Source: Crocinitomicaceae bacterium (lineage in GTDB: Bacteria; Bacteroidota; Bacteroidia; Flavobacteriales_D; Crocinitomicaceae). From it: a stretch of 40,696 bases of DNA. The translations under genes and the position numbers were made by a program. Where the stretch lies: the NCBI GenBank assembly GCA_049416285.1, contig JBMSGX010000001.1, positions 1-40,696 on the forward strand. The letters are read 5' to 3'. Positions 32,940 to 40,696 of the stretch are shown here, one piece after another; within the stretch, counting starts at the first letter, position 1, and each line of letters begins with the position of its first letter. Under the pieces are notes generated by a model. It worked only from the letters and a program-made list of their open reading frames with translations, was not told the DNA's origin and did not search any database.

Positions 32940-34276
32940 TTCTTAACAAGGAAGTAAACTATGATTCCCGGCACAAGAGATAACAAAGAGTATACCATCG
33001 TCATTGGATCAAGCACTACGAAGTATACGATCATCCATAAAGTCATGATTATAAACAGGATCGGGGTAACAGGATAACCAATAGCTTTCACCACATTATC
33101 GGAACGATCCGATCGTCTTCTAACAATAAAAACAGCCGCGACAGTTAACATGGAAAACATAGAAAGTGTGATTCCGACATACTCAATGATCTCTTTAAAC
33201 GAACTGAATACAACCAGCGTTCCTGAGATAAAAAACAATATTATTATCGAAAGGTAAGGTGCACCTTGTTCATTCTTTTTGGCAAACAGTTGCAATTTTG
33301 GATAGTCCTGCCCCATTTGTTCTGTCACTCGAGGGCCACTAATGAACATCGCATTGATTCCCGCTACTAAAGCCATTGAAAAAATAAGACTGAACATCAA
33401 TGCAACTTCTGCACCGTACATCTTTTCAGCAACGATATTTGCAATATCTACACGTCCAGCCAACTCATCAAAATTGGCAACGAGCATAAAAAGAACATTT
33501 AAAGCAATATAGAGAATCGCGACTATAAACGTTCCTAGCAACAGTGAAAGAGGCAAGGTTCTCTTGGCATCTTTTAAATGTCCCACAATGTATGAACTCG
33601 CATTCCAGCCACTGTAAGAGAACATCACCCATACTAAGGCTCCGGCGAAAGGTAAGCTGAGTATTGTTTCGAAACTGTTTTCGGATGGTGCCAATGAATT
33701 CGTGCTCCATTCCAAATTTTCAACAAGAAAAGGCGAGCAAAGAAAAAATACGATCATCGCTAACTTTAAACCCGTAAGTGCATTTTGCACTACGCTTCCA
33801 ACCGCAACTCCTCCGAATTGGATCAATGCCACGATCAAAATAACTCCAAACCCAATTACCTTGTGCGTTGTGATTTCCGTGCTTGCAATATGAAAAAGGA
33901 TATCGTTGTCTACTCCTAAAAAAGGAAGGATGTACTCCCCCGTAGCTAAGGCCAATGATGCAATTGCCGCGGAAAAACCGACAAACAGCGATATCCAGCC
34001 ACTCAAAAATCCTATGATAGGATGATAAAGCTCCGTCAGAAATGTATACTCTCCTCCCGACTTTCCGATGTAGGATGCGACCTCACCATAAACAGTTGCT
34101 CCGCAAAGCGCAAGCAAACCACCAAGCGCCCAAATGACTAGAATCGAGAAACCGTCGGGAATAGCTCCATCCGCGACCTGAAACCCAAGTGCTGTAAAGA
34201 TCCCTGTACCGACCATACTTGCGATCACAACATTGACAGCCACAGACAGTGTGTATTTTTCTTTATGATTTTCCAT
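32936..34276 (-). CDS. APC-family amino acid permease
   Basis: 446 aa. About 12 hydrophobic helices and an N-terminal GTGIFT motif typical of amino acid/polyamine/organocation transporters. Confidence 0.92.
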   Translation of the reverse strand: MENHKEKYTLSVAVNVVIASMVGTGIFTALGFQVADGAIPDGFSILVIWALGGLLALCGATVYGEVASYIGKSGGEYTFLTELYHPIIGFLSGWISLFVGFSAAIASLALATGEYILPFLGVDNDILFHIASTEITTHKVIGFGVILIVALIQFGGVAVGSVVQNALTGLKLAMIVFFLCSPFLVENLEWSTNSLAPSENSFETILSLPFAGALVWVMFSYSGWNASSYIVGHLKDAKRTLPLSLLLGTFIVAILYIALNVLFMLVANFDELAGRVDIANIVAEKMYGAEVALMFSLIFSMALVAGINAMFISGPRVTEQMGQDYPKLQLFAKKNEQGAPYLSIIILFFISGTLVVFSSFKEIIEYVGITLSMFSMLTVAAVFIVRRRSDRSDNVVKAIGYPVTPILFIIMTLWMIVYFVVLDPMTMVYSLLSLVPGIIVYFLVKK

Positions 34277-34281
34277 GCAAT

Positions 34282-34307
34282 AAAAAAGGGCTGCGAAACA
34301 GCCCTTT
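34282..34307 (-). terminator. Rho-independent terminator-like hairpin after the PorP/SprF-OmpA gene
   Basis: Minus-strand reading is AAAGGGCTG-TTTCG-CAGCCCTTT followed by TTTTTTA. The T-tract ends 5 nt before the permease ATG. Confidence 0.65.
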
Positions 34308-34314
34308 AAATTAA

Positions 34315-35736
34315 TTATTCAGAAACACTTATAATAACGCGTCTGTTTTTCGCTCTACCCTCCGGAGTTGAATTATCCGCAATTGGTTTGGATTCTCCAA
34401 AATACGATGTCTTGATCCTACTTTCTTCAACACCATTCATCACGAAGAACTTTTTAACTGCTTCAACTCTATTTTTCGAGAGTCGCATGTTGTAATCCTC
34501 CGTTCCATTATTATCTGTATGTCCTTCCAATTCAATGTTTAGATCTTTTCTAATAAGCAATGCATTTGTAAGTGCTTCGAGATCGCCGTAAGACTCTTTT
34601 ACAATAATGGCTTTGTCATATTCGAACTCAAGTGACTGACCGGCTTTGATCATGAAATCTTCGACCTCTTCATTCGAAACCCCTGCATTATTCACGTAAA
34701 CGGTGTCCACTTTTATTTTCTCAACGACTAAGGTATCTACAGCTCTTTCAATAAATACTGTATCAGTGATCGTTTCAACAATTCTAACCGTATCTGTAAT
34801 TCGCTCTAGCTCCTCTTCTGAAACAAGCTCTTGAATCTCCTCTTTTTCTTTTTTGCAAAATTTAAGACCTAGCGCGAACTCATGAGAACCAGCTCCATAA
34901 GAAGCAATGTTCATCATAGGAATCTCATATGCGTATCCGATGAAGAAGAATTTTCGAATGTTAACTCCCAACCTTCCTACTATACCTGAACCGGTGCGAT
35001 AACCTAATCCTCCATAGATGAAATCATTGTAGTTCAGGTCTGCGTTAAAATCGAACTGCTGTATAGCATCTATTCCTTTATAAAGAACATTTGGCGTTAA
35101 TATGAACGATCTATTGATGATTACATCATAACCGGCGTACCCCATCAAGTGTCTTTTCAACCCATATCCATCGAGATTTGGATATGCAACATTTGATCTT
35201 GTTTCCACCACTTGTTTGGAAGCAAAAGATAACTCAAGCCCTTTGAATGCATACAAAATACCTGCTTCTGTATTAAGGGCATTAGAGCTTTGAACTCCAC
35301 CTTCAACAATCACATCCCCCGTTTGAAGAGCGATAGCATTCGTTGGATCAACTCTCATCTGGAAGTAACCTGCTGCAAGTCCGAGCCTTAGATGATGTTC
35401 TTCAGCGAATGTGAACCCATAAGAAGCGGCCCCGGAAGCCTGCACTTGTTGAAGCATTCCTAATCTATCAATTAATAAGTTTGCTCCTATCCCAAGAGAT
35501 TTTCCAATGCGTGTGTTCGCACTCAAAAAACTTGTTGCAGGAGCACCTTCCACTTTCACCCATTGATTTAGGTGAGAGAAATTCACTTCAGTGCATCCCG
35601 AATAACCCGCATAAGCAGGGTTCATTGAGAATTTATTAAACCCATAAAGGTTTGTCTGTCTTGTCTGCTGTGCAATTGCCGTAGAAAAGAATGCAACTGC
35701 AACTAAAACCTGTATTGTTCTGTTCAATCTTTTCAT
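34315..35736 (-). CDS. PorP/SprF-family T9SS membrane protein fused to a C-terminal OmpA-like domain
   Basis: 473 aa. Residues 1-293 match the PorP/SprF pattern (QQ..Q.NLYGFNKFSMNPAYAG...NQW...). Residues 351-473 form an OmpA-like domain (LEGHTDNNGTEDYNMRLSKNRVEAV ... NRRVIISV). The gene starts 5 nt after the upstream cargo gene. Confidence 0.88.
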   Translation of the reverse strand: MKRLNRTIQVLVAVAFFSTAIAQQTRQTNLYGFNKFSMNPAYAGYSGCTEVNFSHLNQWVKVEGAPATSFLSANTRIGKSLGIGANLLIDRLGMLQQVQASGAASYGFTFAEEHHLRLGLAAGYFQMRVDPTNAIALQTGDVIVEGGVQSSNALNTEAGILYAFKGLELSFASKQVVETRSNVAYPNLDGYGLKRHLMGYAGYDVIINRSFILTPNVLYKGIDAIQQFDFNADLNYNDFIYGGLGYRTGSGIVGRLGVNIRKFFFIGYAYEIPMMNIASYGAGSHEFALGLKFCKKEKEEIQELVSEEELERITDTVRIVETITDTVFIERAVDTLVVEKIKVDTVYVNNAGVSNEEVEDFMIKAGQSLEFEYDKAIIVKESYGDLEALTNALLIRKDLNIELEGHTDNNGTEDYNMRLSKNRVEAVKKFFVMNGVEESRIKTSYFGESKPIADNSTPEGRAKNRRVIISVSE

Positions 35737-35741
35737 GGCTA

Positions 35742-38700
35742 TTACTTTTTAAGTCTTAATAGGTTAATAACTCCCTGGTACATCTTCTCACCATCACACG
35801 ATATAGCGTAATAGTATACACCGTCCGGTAAGATTGTCCCATCCTTCGTACCATCCCAATCATTCTGATAGTCATTGGTATCGAAGAGGAGCTGCCCCCA
35901 CCTATTAAATATCTGCACATTACAACCGGCTATCTGTGAAAGATCACTGATTAACCAAGTATCATTTACCATATCTCCATTCGGAGTACAGATGTTGGCT
36001 ATCTCCAGATTACAATCTCCAACTGCTAGGTCTACTGTTACAATCGAATCACATCCAGCTACTGTAGTAAAGACCTCCGTGTAGATTCCTGAAGCAGTGA
36101 TCGCCTGTGTACCTAGGTACAATGTATCTCCTTCACAGATCTGAGCAACATAGTTCGTATCAGATGGTTCTGTAACTGTTAAGAATACTCGCACTAATGA
36201 ATCACAACCGGATGCTGTTGTATAAGACTCAGTGTACTCACCACTAGTTGTTAGCGTTTGAGTTCCCAACGTGTAGCTCTGACCTTGACATATCGTAGCC
36301 CCCATGTTGTTTTCTATCGCAGGGTTTACGAATAAGTACAGGGTTACAACAGAATCACAACCATTAGCTGCAGTAAACACTTCCTGATACGTTCCAGAAA
36401 CTGTTACCGTCTGAGTACCTATCGTATATGAGTCTCCCTCACAGATCGTAGCTGATAAAGAGCTTTGGATCTCTTGCTCAATATTCAAATAAAGGGTTAC
36501 CACAGAATCACAACCACCAAGAGAAGTAAGCGTGTCGATATATGTGCCTGAGGTAGTTAAAACAGTCGTTCCGAATGTATATGTATCACCGAAGCAAAGT
36601 GTCTCTTGCAACGAAGAAGTTAATATACTTTCAACGAATAAGTTTGTCGTCACAATACTGTCACAACCATTGGCAGCTACCAACGTATCTTGGTAAACAC
36701 CCGAAGTATTGTATGTTGAAGCACCTGCCGTGAATGTTGTTCCCTGACAGATCGTTACAGTTTGTTCGAAGAGTGACGGCTGATTTAGGTCTACAGTTGT
36801 ATAGACTGTACTGTCACAACCATTTGACGCCACAAACACATCCGTATACAATCCAGCCGTTGTTTGCCATGCTCCCTCCAAGAATAATGAATCACCTTCG
36901 CAAATTGTTGTATTCACAAAGTTCTGAATCGGAGTCGTAATACATGGATTCGCACATGCCGTTGCATCAACTGTAAATGTGTAAGGACATGCACCATCAT
37001 TTACCGATATTGTAAAGATATCAGCCGAAGGAACTGGCCAAACTACGTTTGTTCCAGCTGTAAATGTCCCTGTTTCAACAAGGTTCATTGCCCCATCCTC
37101 TATGGTGTAAGAAAAATCTCCTCCATACAAGCCAGTCAATCCACCGGTCGCTGAGAATGTGATCTCACAAAGGGCATTATCATAGATCGAGAATGGAACG
37201 ATTGGCTCAAGGAAAACAACCTGTACCTGATTATCTACTGTAGAAGAAGGACACGTGAAATCTCCCCAAGTTGCTGCTTCATCCGCGGCTGAAGAAACAT
37301 AGTAAACTGTATTGAACAAAGGATTTCCGAACGAACCGGAACCGTCTGTATCATTCGTAAACACACCGGTCAACCCTTGCACCGTATCAATATAGGTAAA
37401 ACCTGATCCTGTAACCGGGTTCGGAACTGGAGTTGTTGAGTGCATTACAAACCCCGGAGTCAAACATGAAGGGATATCCAGAGTTGGTTCTCCATTTCCA
37501 TCAAGCAAGTTTCCTGGGATTAGATCATCTCCAAAACAAACAAATGCAGTATCCGGAGCGTTAAGATCTATAATCGTAGCATTTGCTAACTCTACATACG
37601 TATCACCGCTATAGCTCTCAATTTCTCTGATATATTCAATAATGTACTGTCCCTCATCCCCTGGATATCCACCATCTAATTGAATCGCGTACATCGTTCC
37701 CGGTGTCATACAACAGATTGATTCTTGCGTTCCTTCAAATGGAGCTGAACCAGTTAATACCGGAGTAATGATCGGTGAAGTTTGCGTTCCGTCTTGCGTA
37801 AAGGTTGCAGGATTCAATCCTCCATAGCAATCAGTACCGTTTAATAATTCATAAACTGCATATCGAAGAGTATCCAAACCAATGTATGCACGTAAATTCA
37901 TTTCAATGGCTCCAGAAGGTGGAACTGTGAAATAGTGCCATACAGTTTGATCCGCTCTTAAAGCTGGGTCCGTATTCGCTGGAGGTTCACCCGCCAAATA
38001 TTCTGTACAACCAAACTCATTGTTACCGGCCACAGCCTGGAACTGTGGATTTGTTCCGGCAGGAATAACAGGAATTTCATAAAGTGGATCTAACATCGTC
38101 AAACACAATATGTCATTTCCAGGAGGGTTAGTAGAAGGATCGTCAACGCTTGGATCGTGCACCCACCCATAAGTTTGTTGAGACGATAGCGGTGTAATTA
38201 AATCGGAAGGGTCAATCATTCCGTAATAATTATACCCCGGCTCCAAACATGCAGTTCTAATAATCGCACTTGGTGAACTTGTTAGTAAATTATTCGCATC
38301 ACCACTCGCAGCATCAATGAATTCTAGATTCGCGCAAGAATAGTCCGTTGGTATTCCTGGAGCAAAACGTTTGTCAAATCCGAACATTGCACTGTTTTCT
38401 CCATAAATGGCATCATCATAATCAGCTTCATAAACTATTCGACCACTGTTTGGTGCAGTAAAATTGAACCAAACACTTTCATTCATTGTGTTGTTATTAA
38501 ATGACGGGTGATCATAATCGTAAGCATGATAATTTTCAGGATCATTGTTCGTGTGCGGTGTTCCAGTTTCTCCGCCATCATTTCCGCCATCAAAAGCACA
38601 TCCGAAATCAAGCGTTACAGAAGGTCCATCACCGTTTTCATTCGAAATGAATGTATTTCCAACCAAAACATTAGAAGATGTACATGGAATATCGTCAAAA

Positions 38701-39785
38701 GATGCAGAGCTTCCGCCTAGATCATTTACCTCCACTTGAATTAAGCCACTTTCAGAAGGGCTGTCAGAAGTTACTTGGACATAATAAGCCTCACCGGCAA
38801 TTAACTTTGTATAAGAGATGAGCGGGACAGGATCGCAGCTGTCAAAGCTCAATTCAGCCTCGGGATCAACACCTAAAGCGTCTATACCATCAGAGAATTC
38901 AATGTGCGACAAGTATTCAAACTTATCTTTTATTAAAGTTCCCGTAATTGGCTGTATTCCTGTACCACATGCATTACCATCAGCGGCATGATACAATTGA
39001 AAGTATGTTCCAATTTCTGTTCCAGCAAGATCAGTTGTAATTTCCACTGATCCACTTGCGGGTGCCGTGAATTTTATCCAGGCAGAAGCGTTGTTATTCG
39101 CAACATCACCAGCTCTTGGTTCGTTTGCCTCCAATGAATTCACAGTACAGTATGCAAAATTGTAGGTCGTATTTAGAGCTACATCTGTCGCGTCACAGAT
39201 ATTATCTGCCATCGTAAGTATACCCGTCAAATCTGTACGGATAACTTCAAGCGTAATAATATAGTTTTGAGTTCCACATCCCGAGTTTCCTGATGCATTG
39301 AAGGAAATATTTCCAGATGATCCTGTCGCACCAGGCACAGGAATAGTACCATTCTGCACGTTCGTACGAAGATCGGAGAAGGCTCCGGTCAAATCCCAGT
39401 TGAAGATGGGGTCATCATTTTCGTATCCTTGCCAATCAATGTTCATTTGAGTAGGAACATCATTCGCACAATAGTAATCATGATCGAAAAAGATGCTTCC
39501 TGGGTTTAATGTCCATGGACCATTGTTATTATTCTGAAAAGAAAAGTTAAAGTCTCCTGTAAGACCAAAAGCAGCCGGATTATTGTTCGAATACCCTAAA
39601 GTATTATCCGTTGCCGCATATTCAAATGCAAAATCTGAATTTCCGGCTAAAAAGCCATCACAATCAACCGAATTCTGAACTTGAACACTTACAATTCGCA
39701 CTTGAATATTCGCCTGTCCATGTACGTTAAAAAACGATATAACAGAGAATGACAAAAACGCAAATGCATTTCTCAGTTTAAACAT
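35742..39785 (-). CDS. T9SS type-B CTD (gliding-motility-associated C-terminal domain) cargo protein, 1,347 aa
   Basis: Signal peptide and a largely unrecognised N-terminal 950 aa containing three PPC-like modules and one degenerate SprB-like repeat. These are followed by six 51-aa Cys repeats and a C-terminal ~90 aa (...ICTPNGDMVNDTWLISDL...QIFNRWGQLLF...WDGT...DGVYYY...) matching the type-B sorting domain pattern. Confidence 0.9.
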   Translation of the reverse strand: MFKLRNAFAFLSFSVISFFNVHGQANIQVRIVSVQVQNSVDCDGFLAGNSDFAFEYAATDNTLGYSNNNPAAFGLTGDFNFSFQNNNNGPWTLNPGSIFFDHDYYCANDVPTQMNIDWQGYENDDPIFNWDLTGAFSDLRTNVQNGTIPVPGATGSSGNISFNASGNSGCGTQNYIITLEVIRTDLTGILTMADNICDATDVALNTTYNFAYCTVNSLEANEPRAGDVANNNASAWIKFTAPASGSVEITTDLAGTEIGTYFQLYHAADGNACGTGIQPITGTLIKDKFEYLSHIEFSDGIDALGVDPEAELSFDSCDPVPLISYTKLIAGEAYYVQVTSDSPSESGLIQVEVNDLGGSSASFDDIPCTSSNVLVGNTFISNENGDGPSVTLDFGCAFDGGNDGGETGTPHTNNDPENYHAYDYDHPSFNNNTMNESVWFNFTAPNSGRIVYEADYDDAIYGENSAMFGFDKRFAPGIPTDYSCANLEFIDAASGDANNLLTSSPSAIIRTACLEPGYNYYGMIDPSDLITPLSSQQTYGWVHDPSVDDPSTNPPGNDILCLTMLDPLYEIPVIPAGTNPQFQAVAGNNEFGCTEYLAGEPPANTDPALRADQTVWHYFTVPPSGAIEMNLRAYIGLDTLRYAVYELLNGTDCYGGLNPATFTQDGTQTSPIITPVLTGSAPFEGTQESICCMTPGTMYAIQLDGGYPGDEGQYIIEYIREIESYSGDTYVELANATIIDLNAPDTAFVCFGDDLIPGNLLDGNGEPTLDIPSCLTPGFVMHSTTPVPNPVTGSGFTYIDTVQGLTGVFTNDTDGSGSFGNPLFNTVYYVSSAADEAATWGDFTCPSSTVDNQVQVVFLEPIVPFSIYDNALCEITFSATGGLTGLYGGDFSYTIEDGAMNLVETGTFTAGTNVVWPVPSADIFTISVNDGACPYTFTVDATACANPCITTPIQNFVNTTICEGDSLFLEGAWQTTAGLYTDVFVASNGCDSTVYTTVDLNQPSLFEQTVTICQGTTFTAGASTYNTSGVYQDTLVAANGCDSIVTTNLFVESILTSSLQETLCFGDTYTFGTTVLTTSGTYIDTLTSLGGCDSVVTLYLNIEQEIQSSLSATICEGDSYTIGTQTVTVSGTYQEVFTAANGCDSVVTLYLFVNPAIENNMGATICQGQSYTLGTQTLTTSGEYTESYTTASGCDSLVRVFLTVTEPSDTNYVAQICEGDTLYLGTQAITASGIYTEVFTTVAGCDSIVTVDLAVGDCNLEIANICTPNGDMVNDTWLISDLSQIAGCNVQIFNRWGQLLFDTNDYQNDWDGTKDGTILPDGVYYYAISCDGEKMYQGVINLLRLKK
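36018..36923 (-). repeat. Six in-frame tandem repeats of exactly 51 aa (153 bp)
   Basis: The first Cys of each unit is at residues 962, 1013, 1064, 1115, 1166 and 1217. Unit consensus is I-C-x-G-(D/Q)-(S/T)-Y-x-x-G-(T)-x-x-x-x-x-S-G-x-Y-x-(D/E)-x-(F/L)-x-x-x-x-G-C-D-S-(V/I)-V-T-(L)-x-L-x-V. Confidence 0.85.
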
Positions 39786-39817
39786 AAGTAGTAGTATTTG
39801 GGGTACCTAAAGTACTA

Positions 39818-40696
39818 TTATTTCATTACCAAAGCAACCGGGTTTTCCATCAGCTTTTTAAACGACTGAAGGAATGCGGCTCCTTTTGCTCCGTCGACCA
39901 CGCGGTGATCACAAGACAACGTAACTCTCATCACATTTCCAGGAACTACAGCACCATTCTTTACAACTGGCACTGATTTGATTCCACCTACAGCTAGAAT
40001 ACAGCTGTCAGGAGGATTCACAATAGCGGTAAACTCCTCTATTCCAAACATTCCCAGGTTTGAGATCGTGAATGTATTCCCTTCCCAATCCTGTGGTTGT
40101 AATTTTTTGTCTTTTGCTTTTTGAGCGTATGTGCGTACCTCCTGACTGATCTCATCAAGTTGTTTTCCATCTGCGAAGCGCACAACTGGAACCAAAAGTC
40201 CCTCGTCTACTGCAACAGCAACGCCGATATGCACATGGTCATTTTGACGAATCACATCTCCTAACCAAGCACTGTTCACAGCTGGATTTTCTCTGAGCGC
40301 TAATCCACATGCCTTGATCACCATATCATTGAATGACACCTTATACTCTTCCATTTCATTGATTGATTTTCTTAACGCAATCGCGTTATCCATATCAATA
40401 TCCAATGTTAAATAGAAGTGCGGAGCTGTAAACTTACTCTCTGCAAGACGTTTGGCGATTGTCTTACGCATTTGAGAAACAGGAGTATCAGTAAAAGACT
40501 CCGTTCCCACGAACGCTCTTTTCTTTACGCCTCCTCCTACATATGGTGAATAGTGATCTATATCTTTCTTTACAATTCTTCCTCCCTCACCAGTGCCGAT
40601 AACATTCGAAAGGTCAATTCCTCTTTCATTTGCCATTTTTCGAGCGAGTGGTGAAGCAAATATCTTCCCGTTTGAATCAGCTGTTGAAGCGGCCAC
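39818..40696 (-). CDS. Dihydrolipoamide acyltransferase (E2) of a 2-oxo acid dehydrogenase complex; partial, N terminus outside the window
   Basis: Peripheral-subunit-binding domain (ASPLARKMANERGIDLSNVIGTGEGGRIVKKDI) and a catalytic domain with the DHRVVDGA motif. The ORF runs off the window end. Confidence 0.93.
   Translation of the reverse strand: MAASTADSNGKIFASPLARKMANERGIDLSNVIGTGEGGRIVKKDIDHYSPYVGGGVKKRAFVGTESFTDTPVSQMRKTIAKRLAESKFTAPHFYLTLDIDMDNAIALRKSINEMEEYKVSFNDMVIKACGLALRENPAVNSAWLGDVIRQNDHVHIGVAVAVDEGLLVPVVRFADGKQLDEISQEVRTYAQKAKDKKLQPQDWEGNTFTISNLGMFGIEEFTAIVNPPDSCILAVGGIKSVPVVKNGAVVPGNVMRVTLSCDHRVVDGAKGAAFLQSFKKLMENPVALVMK

Noticed and set aside
35875-38739. Plus-strand ORFs (35875-36084, 36734-36940, 38508-38720, 38545-38739) antisense to the type-B cargo gene
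   Set aside because: They are short, featureless translations entirely within a strongly supported 4-kb ORF on the other strand.
1-40696. Mobile element, prophage or defence island
   Set aside because: I saw no integrase, transposase, recombinase, phage structural, restriction-modification, toxin-antitoxin or known defence-gene signatures. I saw no flanking tRNA or long direct repeats, and no obvious compositional break. RmuC alone is not evidence of a defence system.

Overview
The window is a 40.7-kb chromosomal segment that looks like Bacteroidota, probably Flavobacteriia-like. The evidence is AT-rich DNA, frequent 4-nt ATGA gene overlaps, many lipoprotein signal peptides, and two kinds of type IX secretion (T9SS) C-terminal sorting domains plus a PorP/SprF gene. 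About 33 protein genes fill almost all of the sequence. I found no rRNA, tRNA, CRISPR array, integrase, transposase or obvious prophage or defence genes.

Housekeeping and stress genes:
- ffh, rmuC, a beta-CASP MBL hydrolase, and GDPD-LemA-DUF2207.
- A HlyD/LolCE-like/LolD-like ABC exporter.
- An alkD-like/alkB pair, and queD-folE-fructosamine kinase.
- SOUL-GPx-SRPBCC, an APC permease with a serine hydrolase, and TPR plus TPR-PD40-OmpA proteins.
- A partial 2-oxo acid dehydrogenase E2 at the window edge.

The two most distinctive loci:
1. An 8.8-kb gene for a protein of about 2,918 aa. It has a choice-of-anchor-L head, a Calx-beta-like domain, an orphan P-domain, about 26 SprB-type repeats and a type-A T9SS sorting domain. 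Two of the repeats carry a nested, unrecognised Cys-bracketed module of about 100 aa.
2. A 1,347-aa type-B-CTD cargo followed 5 nt later by a PorP/SprF protein fused to an OmpA-like peptidoglycan-binding domain.

I consider these the best candidates for undescribed biology. All function calls rest on motif recognition by eye, because no searches could be run. The rest of the window looks ordinary.
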